NCBI GenBank assembly: GCA_904063045.1
Contig: CAJFCJ010000002.1
Span: 310,001-374,000, forward strand
Direction of reading: 5' to 3'
Length of the DNA: 64,000 bases
Origin: Dimorphilus gyrociliatus
Taxonomy: Eukaryota; Animalia; Annelida
Position numbers and translations under genes: made by a program. The notes under the pieces are model-generated. The model made no database searches, was not told the DNA's origin, and saw nothing but the letters and a program-made list of their open reading frames with translations. Positions 34,418 to 49,110 of the stretch are shown one piece after another; within the stretch, counting starts at the first letter, position 1, and every line of letters begins with the position of its first letter.

Positions 34418-37400
34418 ATGGGTAAGTTACCTCGTGCTTTCTTTTCAAATGCAAAATTAACTTTCTCCTTAATGTAGAATTAGCTAATATATTTTGCATT
34501 ATTTTTAAACTCATATTTAAGGGTCTAAATGGTTTACTAAGTAGGGTATCTTTCTATTTGAAGAGGCTAATTGTTAAAGATCAAACCATACTTTTAATCA
34601 AAAATTTTTCTCTTGTCTTTAGTGTGTGTGGAAATATAGTAATATTAATTTATAATCTATTTAAAACAAATGCGCTTGTATTCTTAAAATTTTACTCTTT
34701 AGAAGAATTAGACTGCAATAGAGTTTGTCATTTGTTTTTTATACTGAAAGATGATATTTATATTTTTAGAGAAAACAACTCAATTCTATAATTTAAATCA
34801 AAGGCATCTTGCATGCAGTAGATATTGATCTAAGCTACATACAATTATCTACTGTTCCCGATTCGGTCGAATCTTCAAAGATATGTCAATTTCATGATAC
34901 ATGATATTGATGAAAAAAACAAAGGCTGTTTGATTGGATATTTGTTTGAAATTAAAATTGTTAAGCACTCTCTCTCTCTCTCTATTTGCCCCAAAGAAGA
35001 GTATAATTCTTAAGTCGGGTGAATAGCTCGAAGTATAATAATTCTCCACTCTTCTCAGTAATATCTGTAGTTTCTTTAGTCCATGAGAAGATCAATGAAG
35101 CGCTTAACATTGGTACAAAAATTATTATTTCTGTAATTAGAAAACATCAAAACTGTTACCAAGTGTTCAATTAGGCATTGTAAAATACTCTAGGGGCTTT
35201 AATTAATGGAATATAAATAATTATAGATTTTTTTGGGTTTAAATTTTCTTGTTCCTTTATTACAGAAAGCTAGGTATACTTTCAGTTCACTTCTATCAAA
35301 ATTATAGAAGAGTTAATGAGGGGATAAGTTTCCTTGAGTAAGAATTTTATACTAATTAATTATTACTCTTTGATGAATGAAGATTCAATTTCCGATTATA
35401 GTAATTCTAAATTTTTATACTATATTCGCTAATTAGTAACTTCTAAGAGGACTTGTCACTTACAGAATCCGACTCAAAAGAAAAGCCGTCAGGTGGAACT
35501 CCTGAGACTATGGACAAGTTAAATAATTTGTCCTCTCCTTGTAAGACTTCTATAAATTCCTCAAGAACTTCGACCATGTATAGCACTCAATCTTTAACGG
35601 AAAGCAACGAGTTGGATGATTACAAAACATTACTAGACACGGGAATGAGACAGAGGATAAAGCAAATTGCAAAGCTATTGATGGTTCTCATCCTACCTGT
35701 TGCAACTTTGATAGTTTTTGCCGGTATACAAACAGCTTCAGCAATTCGAGAAGAGTCAAGAGCATCGCGAGCAGCATCCGATCTACAGCAATATTTTCTC
35801 ATCGATCAGTTAATAACCAACCTGCAAGTTGAGCGTGGTATTACAGCAACATATTTGAGTTCAAATGAAACAAATAAAGATGCTTATGAAAAAATGCTTC
35901 ATATACAAAATGCTACCACCAAGATATTTTACAGTGTAGAAACTTGGCCATCTGGAGGATTAAAGGTTAGAGAAGAAATATATGAAACAAAAGAAGATCT
36001 TCTTAATAAAATTATTGAATTTCGAAAAAAACCTCAAAAAAATGTGAATGGCACAATGTTTTATTATACTTATATAATCAACGAACTGATGTCATGGACA
36101 GCACGTTTCATAGATTTACCAATCGGTTTAAAAAATTTCGATCTAGTTGCAATAGTGGCTCTCTTAGCTTCTGGAAACGAAATTGGAATTCAAAGAGGCT
36201 TTGTATGTTGGAAACCTGACAAGTTATCATATTGTAAAATGTAATTTCAGTAATTCGCTTTGTTAAACTAAATGTTTCACAAAAAGAAAACATTAACCTA
36301 TCAGATTAAATTATTTAAATAATACTTGTCAGGGTTCCTCCTGGATAACTAGCTGTAATATGTCTCCAAATGATTTGGCATATTTGACAAAAGCAACTAA
36401 TCAAAATGATCTATGGTTGAGATTATCATTCATGTATAGCTCATATGTTGAAAAGACACACAAGTTGAAAATCAAGGAAATATCAAATATTTTTACTTCC
36501 ATCTTAACAATAAAAGAGTTTTTAATGGGCTCGAATTTCGTAAATGACTGTTTAAAATTTAGCTCTGCAGAAAGAAATGAATTGGCTAATAAATGGTTTG
36601 AACACAACACTATATACTTGGATAAAATACAAGAACTTCGAGTAGAATTATCCGTTAAGATTAAAGAAGAAATTGAAGATATTGTGAATAGTACTAAAAG
36701 AATTCAAATAATTTATACAACAGTATTGACAGCAGTCGTTTTAATTTGTATTTCTCTTTGTATTTGGTACACTCACTGCGTAAACTCGGTTTGTATTTAT
36801 GATACCAACGTGTTCAATTATATATACTCACGCTGCTCATTTCTCAGTTAACATATAAAGTAGCCTCGTATGCAGTTCATAAAGCTGAAAAGTCTAAAGA
36901 ACTAGCAAAAGAAAAAAAAAAAACAGAAGTGCTACTTTACCAGATGCTACCCAAATCCGTTGCAGAATCTCTAAAGAAAAAGAAACCAGTTAAAGCGGAA
37001 TTCTTTGAGAGTGCAACGATATTTTTCAGCGATATAGTTGGATTTACCGAGATTGCAGCAAAGAGTAGCCCTCAAGAGCTAGTTGAATTATTGAACGGTC
37101 TATACAGGTTAAACTTTGTAAAAAATTTGATTAAACAAATTTCTTGAGGAAAAAGGGCATAACTTTTACTAATTCATTTTACTTTTATCCCAATTACTGT
37201 AGCATGTTTGATAAGACTATTGGAAAATATAACTTGTATAAGGTTGAAACTATTGGTGATGCTTATATGTTTGTATAACATTATTATTATATTTGATAGT
37301 GAAACTGATAAAAATCACTAATTTAAGGGTTGCATCTGGCGTACCTGAACCATTTAAACAACACGCTCAGGAAATGTGTATTTTTGCGTTGGAGATAAGA

Positions 37401-38018
37401 GAGTCGTTGAGTCATTGCTATGTTCCCCATCTCCCAGATGAAGTACTGTATGTTCGAATAGGAATTCATTCAGGTAGACATTCTTCATTTAATCAAAATA
37501 CAAGCTGAAATCCTTAATATTTTCGTAAGGGCAATGTTGTGCTGGAATTGTTGGAATAAAAATGCCTAGATATTGCCTCTTCGGAGATACAGTTGAGATT
37601 TTCTTTATTAAATTTGTTCAAGCATAGTAGCATTTATATGATAACTCATACAGGTTAATACAGCATCAAGAATGGAGAGTCACAGTCAAGGTTTTTCACA
37701 TATAATAACAATAGAATTAACTAATAAATTATAAATTAATTCTCTCACAAACATAATCAATCATTAAAAGATTAAAATTTACAGGGCAAAAAATTCATGT
37801 CAGTGCTGCCACTTACTCTTTGGTGCAAGCGAGTAAAATATTTCACTTCCGAACTCGAGGAGAAATAGATATTAAGGTTTTGTTAAAAAACATTTGAAAT
37901 AACTATATTTCTTAGTATTTTACAGGGAAAGGGAAGAATGATTACTTATTGGCTAGAGGGTATGACGACTAATCAGAATAACATACCCAACTCTAAAAAG
38001 ATAACTTTCAGCGAATAA
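34418..38018 (+). CDS. NIT-GC: NIT-domain membrane guanylyl cyclase (TM-NIT-TM-coiled coil-cyclase), multi-exon
   Basis: NIT motifs [10 protein letters not shown] and EIGIQRG; two TMs; [41 protein letters not shown]. Micro-exons ATG G (34418-34421) and 35071-35112 splice in frame to 35466; the exact 5' end is uncertain. Confidence 0.88.
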
Positions 38019-38218
38019 TCATCTTGAAAAAAACTTGCTTATTATTTAAACGTTGTTCAGTTAGACAATAGTTGACCTATAAAACATAAAAGAACTATTC
38101 GTTATAGATTACGAAAATATAAATCTTCAATACACTATATCGAAACTGTTAATAAAGGCCTAGTTTAGAGCTTTAATAATCCGTATTAACCAAAGACTGC
38201 ATCGATTTTTCGTTCCTT

Positions 38219-39304
38219 ATGGCAACAAAAAAGAACATGACTGAATTTGAGCAATATTTGGAGGGGAATTCAAAAGATCTATCTTCCGATATGTTGAAGA
38301 TGTTGCGAAATCACGAATTTTGGTATGATAGTTCTAACAAAATGAGCAGTTTAGAAGCTTTTTCTTAGGCTATTTTCTGATTTCTTTTACCTATAGCGAC
38401 GTCAAGTTCACTTTGGGAGAGAAAAAAAACACCCAAGTTATTTTTGCTCATCGTGCCGTTTTGTCAGCAAGGTGTGAAGTATTTCGAGTAATGTTAGCAG
38501 ATTCTTCGTCATTTACCAGAACCAAGGATGGATATATTCATTTGGTCTTATCCGAAGTTTCTCCAATTTGTTTTTCTACTATGATTGAATATATCTACAC
38601 GAATGGCTGTCATCTGAATTCCAAAATAGCACGTGACCTTCTTATTTTAGCCACTGAGTATGGTCTAACTGGCTTAAAAGAATTGTGTAGTCGACATCTT
38701 GTACAGAATATCAATGAAAACACTGCATGCGAAGTTTTAACCTTAGCAGTAGTTCAGGACCAAGAAAGTTTAAAAAAAGATGTTTTACGCTATATTGAAC
38801 AAAATTCTATGGTTAAATTAATACAAGTGTTTTTTCTTTCTAATATTATTTTATTTACTTCACTAGGCTGTATTTAACAGTTCTACCTTCTTCGAGCTGT
38901 CTGAAAAAGCTTTAGCAGCTATTTTACGAAGCGACAAGCTGGAGTTGGATGAACTTGATATTATCAATCAAGTACAAGAATGGGGAAATGTTATATCGGT
39001 AATGTTATGTACAATATATGCAAAATTTCATCAAGTAAAGTTTTTCTTTCAGACTTCACTAAATAAACCAAAGTCAAAGGTATGCCAGGAAGCTGTAAAA
39101 CACATTCGTTTGCCCCTACTATCTCCTTCTGAGCTAAAAGAATTAGAGAAGAAGAATGAAAAAGACAATCTCTTCTCAGTTAAAGATTTTGCCAATGCTT
39201 GGCGAATACATGCACTTCAAGAAACAAAACCAAATGATCCTATGACAAGACGTAGGAACGGCACAAAATTCAGACAATTCTATCAAGGGCTTGAGATCTT
39301 ATAA
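38219..39304 (+). CDS. BTBD19: BTB/POZ + BACK domain protein
   Basis: DVKFTLG...FAHRAVLSARC, EYGLTGLKELC, LSEKALAAILRSDKL, IRLPLLSPSEL and AWRIHAL...RRRNGT match the BTBD19 layout. Confidence 0.85.
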
Positions 39305-39571
39305 AATTTATGGAATAACGTTTGCAAGTGTATTATACAAATAATGCAGAGAAATTTTAGGAGCGTCAAGAAATCGAAGTAACTTAAAAATTATAACACA
39401 ATCAATGTTTTCTCAAATAAGTTTACTAACACAAACCATGTCCTTTTTTCTCATTATCCATACGTAAATAGAAAATCAAAAATAAAACAAACTTATACAC
39501 GTTGGCTCAAAACGCACAAAAATATTGCGGCTGGTTCAACCTCGCAACATATCAAAGGGAACAGGAAGAAA

Positions 39572-40908
39572 TCAGGACGAAGCAGACGATGAGGAAGAAT
39601 TTCTTAGACGACGAAGAGCGTTTACGATAGCATGTTCTGATACATTATTCGTCTGACCATTTCGACTACGACTGTACAGGTTTTTACATCTCATTTCAAA
39701 TTCTTTTTTATCTTCTTCTGTTATAATATACTCTTCTCCATTTTCATCTTCAGTCCATCCCATATCTCTTAATAACCTACACGTTAAGTAAAACACCTTT
39801 TTATTATCCGAAAACAATTAATAACTCATTTGCCTACTTTTTCTCTTTTTCTAGAGAGTTCGATAATCGTGCTTCAGTAGCTTCCCGCTCGTTCTTCACA
39901 CCATTTTCTGTCGTACTCTGAATTTTTTGGAATTTTATTTAGAATAAGTTGCTTTTTTAGGAATAAAAAAACAAACCGTTGTGGGTTTTAATTTTGGAGG
40001 GATGTCTACAGTGGAAGAGTAGGGTGGAGCAATATTATCAGACTGCAGTGGTAGTCGAGCTCGGTTCTAAGAAAAAAGTTTTTATCCATCGAAAGTATTA
40101 AATTAGAACTTTAATATCTACTTTGTTACTAAGGGAAGCCTTGTACATCGTCGGTTTATTTTCAACTTCTTTAGACTTAGACGAAGACGGAGACTTATCA
40201 GTTTTCAGCGGTTTTTCTATTAATATTCAAAATATAATTCTCTCCAAAGCAGCACTAAATTAATACTCACCCCATACCCCACTCGGCTTAATTAATACCG
40301 GCAAAGTAGAAGTGACTGAAGCACCAGTTTTATCATCCAAACTTAATGATGGCTTTTATACAAAATAAAATACGATTAGTCTAGCTCAAATTGATATAAA
40401 AAAAGCATACAAATTCCTCATCCAAAGATGGTTTTTGCAAGACATCAACTTCCGGACGATCTTCTATTTCCAGAGAAGGATTTTCAATATTCTGACAAGC
40501 CGGCCTCGCAGATCTCGATCGAGTGATGCTAGTAACTGGTCTAGGGTCATATTCAATACCGTTAGTTCTTTTACTAAATTTATTCGAACGAGAGACGCTG
40601 AGTTTCCGATTTGTCTGGTTTATTGAATCATCTAATGAAGTGGAATGATGTCGTGGTTGACTGTTCTGAGAAACTTCTTTTTTGTTATCGAAAGACTTTT
40701 GTCTTCTTGCTGGTTCCCTCCATCTATTTTCAGGACTGGAAAATAACACGTTGGATGAAACAACTGTGTAGCATTCACGTTTATTATTTTCGTCCCTATT
40801 CCTAATTTCTGAAGTTGGTCGAGTACATTGAGGTAACCCATCGTGTACCTTGAGCCAAGGTGGTGCGAAGTCGTTGTGTTTTGGCGCTTTATTCGCACCA
40901 CTAGACAT
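39572..40908 (-). CDS. GPBP1: Vasculin / GC-rich promoter binding protein 1-like, multi-exon
   Basis: N-terminal NDFAPPWL, central DEEFPSL and C-terminal SNSLEKE..LLRDMGW.E......ITEEDKKEF match the three conserved vasculin blocks. Confidence 0.8.
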
Positions 40909-41749
40909 AGCTACTAGTTCATTTGTTCCTATCTTTTCAAACAATTAAAGCTAACTATTATAAATTTCACCAGGTCAAACGAAATGGCGACCAATTATAC
41001 AAATATAATTGATACTGAATATGGCGGACTATGGATCAAAACATTTTCTTTCCAGCAGATTTCATACCAAGACCAAGAGGTAGCGTCAATAAATGCTAAA
41101 TTCAAACTCTTAACAAGTTATCCGAAACTGTTTCGCCTTCTCTATTTCTCACAATTTCTTGTTCATTAATCATGTAACGGTTTTCAAAAGTATATTGTTA
41201 ATTATCACTAACGGTTTCTTTTAATCAGTGGGTGTTCCGTATGTGTTTTATTCAATCAAGTGTTAAACGTATCCTTGTCGTTTTAGAGGACGGTAAATAA
41301 AAATCTGGTATTCCGCCTAGGCACAAACAATCATTCGTTCAAGCCGTCTACGGTTGTTGAAAATAAGAGTCACTGAACCGCTTTAAAGTAGCACGTTTAT
41401 ATTGGAATATCGTTGTTATTATTACACCAACGCAAAACAGTGTCTTCTTTATTCCTTTCCGATAGTTTTAAAATCTTGTTGGCGTCACTCTCTAACTTAT
41501 TTTTATAGAATTGTATTCCACTAATTTGAGAAAACAGATCAGATATCTAAATAATCTACACAATCATCTGCAGAGAGAACAAGTTAGAACACTACCACCT
41601 CACGAAGTAGATATCTCGTACGTTCGAATGGCGGACGAGAAAATTCGAGATTTATTCTCATGCGCATTTTCGTATCAAAAAAAATAACGAGGCGCGCCAA
41701 ATTAACAACTTTTTAAATACTTGATATTGTATTTTCATTGCCTAAAGTA

Positions 41750-43068
<1,319 letters not shown>

Positions 43069-43836
43069 GACAAGTTCATACAACTACGTCGTAATGCTAA
43101 ACATTTTTCTGAACGAACGGCGGTTGTAACGATAATAAAGGTTTTATAAACAGGAAGTTGTTGTTCAACAAGGTTCGCACCTCAAAAAAATGGAGATTCA
43201 ACATTTTTTTGTTGAACAAACTCAAAATAAAATTTTTTTTTAATAATTAGATTGAGGTTATTGTTTTGAAAACAGGTCCGAAAATCACCTTTTATGTAGT
43301 CCTATTTGTTTTTAATTTCATAACCTAGTTGATAGTAAATGAACACTATGTCATTGCCATTCTGGTACTGTATTATGAATAGATACAAGTGTAAACAGTC
43401 AGAATAGACCTTCGTCTACACCAGATCACGGTGAACATTGAAATGCAAAAAGTTCTTAATGCATTTGCGGCGTATCACATTTCATAGACGAAATAAATCA
43501 AATTCAGCATATCTCAAGATTGCACATTATCATTGTACATATTAAAAAGAGAACTAAATCGGACTAAGAAAGCTATACACGTGTTTTAGCGCATCGTTTG
43601 CAGGTTTCGCTTTGAGGCCATGAAGAACTATTGTCCAAGAAACTAAAGCGAACATAAAAATAAACAAGACTTTTATATACATTCAACAAAAAATTCACAC
43701 CGCTTTGCACATATCCGACTCTGACATGTCGATCCTTAGAAAAATATAAACATATGCTTTAATTACGAAATATCATAATCACAGTCTGCTTTTTTTAACA
43801 TGATCTAATTACAGATATAGCACTGTACAAATCGAC

Positions 43837-45266
43837 TTAATCGATATCAACGTAAGGAAACAAATGTAATAGTTTATCTTCATTCGATTTCACTGAAACG
43901 ATTTGAGTCCAGTTTCTCCACTCACCTCGGTAGTCAAATTGTCCCCGATCATTTTCAAGTTCAGTAATCGGTAATGTGTCGTCACATCCGACATTATCAT
44001 CTAGAACAGAAAAATCTACAGGGGGTAACAGTGAAAAGGGATCAATCGGCTCTGGTGAGGGAACTCTCACTTCTCCCTCTTTTGGCGAAGGTGTACTCTC
44101 ATCCTCTTCCTGAGGACTGTGTACAGGCGTTTCGTCTCGTATAGAATCTGAAAAACCGGATGGAGGTCGAGAAGGCGAGGATTGTACATATTCCGCAATC
44201 ATTCTCTGCTTTTCTGCAAGAACGGCTTGTGTAGTTGCGGGTGGAGGAGTATAATGTGCGTTTCTTGGGGGTTTTCTTGGTCTAGGTCTAGCACCGGGAG
44301 GAACAATTGATATATTTTCGTCACGTTCCTTCTCTATGCAATTATTTCTAATTCGTTTGACAGTTGAATTACTAGCAGATAAATTTCTAATGCCTGCTAC
44401 TAATTCAGCTGTCGATTGAACAGTTCGTCGATTTGGAACACCATTAACAGATGACGTTTTTACGGCGGTAGATGTTCCACCTGAAGATGTAGTATCAGCA
44501 GGAGATGGGGGTTGAGAAGTTGAATTTGAAAGCAGCACTTTTTTATTGGGAACGTCATTGCTTTCCTGATCAGCAGGCCGTTTCCGAGATATCGAAATAG
44601 TCAATTTAGGAATAGGTTTAGTAATACCATTGCTGGTGGGAGTACTATTGTTACTCCGTGATGTTGGCTGTACAGCCGGGCTAGTGGGTTTTTTACTTAT
44701 CCCGTTAGCCACGGCGGATGGTTGTAATAATTTCTGCCATTCTTTAACCAATAGCTTGAGTCTCTTCGACAATTCTTTATGATTCTTCTGCGACTGCCTT
44801 CGCAACTTATTAATGTGGAAGCCCATCCTGGTTCGCTATTCAAAAAAGTTTTTATTATACCTTAGTTAATTAGCATAATTCAAATGCTACAAACCTCCAA
44901 ATCATCTCTTGTAATTGAAGTCTTTTCCAAAATCGACACGACTTCCAAGACGGTTGGTATGTCTTGAACCTTAAAACCATAAGTTGTTTGTTATGGGTAT
45001 TAAATTAAATAATTTTCAATATTTGTAGGAACCTATGTCTATAGTAATACCTATTTAAGTTTATAAAATAAGTAAGATAAAGTAAGTTGTGATATTTTTT
45101 AACCGCCACGGCTTCTACCAATTCTCGCAATTGTGTCACGCGTTAATAAACAAGGTAAAAATAGAGAAGTGGGATAATTCTTTTATTATGCGAAATTACA
45201 TACTTCGTAGTCATGATCCAACGCTCCGAGTAGTTTGCTTTGCAGTTGCTCGGGCGTTTGTTTCAT
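43837..45266 (-). CDS. MED26: Mediator subunit 26, 3 exons (45266-45204, from 44969, and the long last exon)
   Basis: MKQTPEQLQSKLLGALDHDYE|VQDIPTVLEVVSILEK and RTRMGFHINKLR form a TFIIS-N/LW domain; C-terminal GEWRNWTQ...LHLFPYVDID. Confidence 0.88.
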
Positions 45267-45330
45267 TTAGAGCTTTGATTTCGATGAAATTTCGCAATTT
45301 TTTCTTAGCGAAGGCTATATGCGAACATTC

Positions 45331-45341
45331 AAGATGGCGGC
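45331..45341 (+). promoter_or_regulatory. YY1 consensus AAGATGGCGGC in the divergent promoter between MED26 and the 45740 gene
   Basis: Exact match to the YY1 core, 65 bp upstream of the MED26 ATG. Confidence 0.55.
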
Positions 45342-45739
45342 CTTCTGACATTGTGAATTGCATTGTATTGTGGGATTGCAGCAGGCGACTGATTCGAAAA
45401 ATGTTTCCGAACCAGTGGACGAGTCTATATTTCTTGATTGAAATGTTGATATTCTGCTAGTTTCAGCTCACTATGACAAGATATTTGGTTTTAAACAGAT
45501 CTCATTAATCATAAACTTCGGGATTTATAGCAGAAAATTTGCTAAATACAAATAGTATTTTATGCTAGATGTCGCTGCCAGCACATGTTGACACCCCTTC
45601 TAGAACATTGCAATTCGTTCCAAAATTACAAAAGTTAGATTTCGTACAATTTTCTTTTTCAAAAAGCTAAAAGTAAAATTTCTGAAATTTTCTTGAACCA
45701 GATTTATTGTTAAGCAAATTGACACATCTTATCACGCTG

Positions 45740-48362
45740 ATGGAGGATCCAAAGAAAGGATTTAAGGTCTTATCCCAAGTTTCTCCAGTGTTGATTTTAG
45801 ACTACTATAATATGGTATGGTTCAGTATGTGGAAAAGCCGAAGTATGTATCTTAATTGATTTTCAGCAAAAGAAACAACGCTCAGAATTTTTAAAAAAAC
45901 GCTATCTTCGTGCAACTGAAGCTGTTATGAGGGTTGATGAAAGTATAGAAGACGCTCCTGAAATTCCTTATGAAAAGCTTACTAACTGTTAGCGTTTTAA
46001 ATAAGTATGCTAAAAGCTTTTCAAACTCATTTAAATTAATCGGTAGATCTCTCTAATACAATGGAGCTTGAAAACGAAGACGAAAATGCGATTATTGACT
46101 TTGCTCGAATTACTGATGGAAAAGTGACTTCATTCGATCAAGATCATATCCTAAACAGTAAATAAAAATGTTAGTTAGAAATAAATAAAATATTAGTAAT
46201 TTTTTCAGTTAATACTGGAGATTTTGGTCTAGTTATGGACAGTGACGATGAAAGTCAAACTGCTGAAGATGTTTTCGAACTTATTCCAATAGGTATGCGT
46301 TAAATATTTATGCTCAAACAATCGTTTTATATTTAGGTAACCAGAATATATAGCTGTGTAATCAGTAGTATCTATCTTGATCGTTTACACGGATTTATCT
46401 TTTTTTAAAGCGCCAGGCGAAATGGAATATTTTTTTTTTTTTGATGATGATGATGTAGAGCTTCCTCGAATTATGCCAAGTCAATTATGTCTTCACAACG
46501 AGTTAACTGTAGATGACCCATTGGAGTTAAATGATGAAGATATTTCCAGAGGGTATATATTATTAGTAAAGCTTCTTTCTATTCATAGTCGCAAACACTT
46601 CAAGGCCCAACTTGGAATCATTCTTGCTTTATGATACTTGTGAGAACGAGATTGTTGAAGATATTATTTTACCAGTGGATATACCTGAGAAGCCTGATGT
46701 ATGGCATCTAAGTTTTACATTTTATTATAAAGAGTTTCTTTGAAAAACAAATTCAACTTCTAGTTTAATGATTAAATTTATCTACTTTATATAATATTTC
46801 TTCGATGTAACTCTCAAACAATCTTTTTGCAAATGTGATCCTTTCAATTTTTTTTAAACTCATTCTGTAGTTAGAGAGCTTTCTATTTATCATCTGTGAC
46901 GATAGGAAAAATATGTTTAAACCTGAGGAAGAGGTGATATTACCAGGTCTGGAAAATCTGTCCAACTTTCCATTGAAAAATATTGAACTAGGGTCACTTT
47001 GGAATGGTATGGCTAAACAATAAACGAAACATATACTAATGATTTTTTCATAGATTTTGATGATAAGCTACTTTCTAATTTGTTTTCTGATACATTATAT
47101 CTTTCGGATGATGATTCAACACAAGATGACGACGCAATAGAACCTATAACTGAAATGTTTGAATATACCTCTAATGCCGATACGTATATGGGATACATTT
47201 TTACACCAGAAAATGAATCTGAATGGACGATTAATACTTCAGGGTAAGTAAAATTCCTTAAGTAATTACAAGTAACAAATATGTTTTAAACAGTGCATCA
47301 AACTTATGGAAATCAAAAACTAAAGGTTGGGCTTTAAGGTTTAGACTGTAATAAAAGACAATATAATGATTATTTTTTAGAAGCAAACGCATCAATCCAA
47401 AAGCCATGTCAGTCAGATAGTCCTCAGGACCCGACCTCCATTCCTTTCGTAGATTGTAACCTAGATGCATTTGGGAAAATTAATTTCGGTAATCAAAGAT
47501 TTTTATTTCTCTTTTTTAATCTTACCTTAAAACAGAAATCCTTCTCGAAAATGATCAAAAACTTTTCGTGAGTTTGTTATATATCTTTAGATATTTTAAA
47601 GCTATTTAAAAATATTCACAGTTGGACGTGCCACAGAAAGTACCAGAAAAAACTACATTTTTTGCAGGTAGGTGCTTAAAAACAGTTAATTTCCTATTTT
47701 ACTTCTAAAGGTTACGTTTTGATATTCTATCAGTTCCTGCCACCTAGTGGCTGTAACCGAAGTTTTTTTTATATATTGAGAGTAAATATAGCTACTGCTT
47801 TTCTTCTTCAGATGAAGATGTCTTTACAGAAATATCTTTGAATTTCTTAAACGAAAACGTTTTTGGTAGAAAAAGACAAAATGATACTACCTTAACCGAT
47901 TTACAAACAGGACAAAATAAAAAAATTCATACAAATTTTCCGCTTTCTAAACTTGGAAATATGAGGTAACTCTAATGCTTTGTTGATATTTCTTAGTATT
48001 GATAATCATGACTTTTTAGGGTAACGGAAACAGTTGAAATACCACCTCAAGAGTCTAATGCGCTTGAGAAAAAGACGCCATCAACATCAAGTCGAAGCGT
48101 AGATAAAAAGCAGACAATTGAAAACAGTTCTTCGTCTGAAGGGAAGGAAAGTACGCAAAGCGTGTTTGAATTGTCTCAAGAACTTTTGAAACTGCAAAAA
48201 ACTACTAAAATGTTGATGGAATTAAATTCAACTTTTCCGTCAAGTGCGCCGATAAAAGAACCTAATGTTCATGCAAATGTGAGAACTATGAAGAAAACAC
48301 GAAGCTCGACTGACGATGAAAATTGTTCGACAAGTAACAAAGTAGAGGGAGGAATTAGCTGA
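45740..48362 (+). CDS. Uncharacterised acidic protein with many small exons
   Basis: Series of open GT-AG-bounded segments (MEDPKKGFKVL..., MELENEDENAIIDF, FKPEEEVILPGL, DDDSTQDDDAIEP, ...NKVEGGIS*). The full frame was not verified end to end. Confidence 0.5.
47737..47750 (-). promoter_or_regulatory. CTCF consensus CCACTAGGTGGCAG, intragenic
   Basis: Reverse complement of ctgccacctagtgg; full match to the CTCF core. Confidence 0.55.
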
Positions 48363-49110
48363 TTTTTTCTCTTTAACTTCTTAGGATCATGTTTCATTTC
48401 AAAAAAATTAAATCTTGAAAGGTGACAAAAGAAGGTGTCAGTAATATATTGTTAATAACGTTGAACTTGGTTTGTTGAGGATAAGTCGCCGCTAGAGTCT
48501 TGTCTTACAAAAATGATCAATAAACAAAAACATGTTTTAAATAAAGTGACAGTTCTGTATATTGCTACTACATATAATCCCTTAGTAGATTTGTTCTGTA
48601 AAAGTAAAGATATTCACATTAACTATTAGTTGATTTGCAGATGAAAAGCTTGAAAAGTAGGTTAAATTCATCGAACAAAGAAAAAAGATAAAATGCACTT
48701 TTCTAACATTTTGTTTAAGATAGATATTTCAACTATTGATAGAATGAATGTTATAGAATTAGATGTGGCGTATAAAAAATAAAAATTATATAGTCGTCAA
48801 TCTTGGTTAGGTTTACACCTTTTTCTAAAGAAGTATTTGTCAAACAAAATTTAAACTATCTGTTAACAATTCATTGTATTCATATTTTTTTTCGATACAC
48901 TAACTCTTGGTAGATGTAACATGCATGCTACATGTACAGCACATAAAATTTAAGTTTATATGTTACTTAACGTAAATGTAAAATTTAATATTTTCAACAA
49001 AACAAAAAATAACATCTATGCCTAGTAATGAACGCTCGCGATGCAGATATAATGCAGTTATACAAATACGTGCTCTTAATTAACAGATTTACAAGTGAAA
49101 ATGAAGAAAA

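Noticed and set aside
34018-34421. Possible splice fusion of the giant LRR to the NIT-GC (phase-0 donors at 34018/34036; acceptor at 34372 in frame with ATG 34418)
   Set aside because: The donors are weak, and a signal-peptide-led fusion would invert the topology and place the cyclase outside the cell.
45089-45460. 123-aa plus-strand ORF
   Set aside because: Overlaps MED26 exon 1 and the GC-richer promoter; likely incidental.
46765-47470. Three minus-strand ORFs suggesting a nested gene
   Set aside because: Splice signals and open frames favour plus-strand exons of the 45740 gene.
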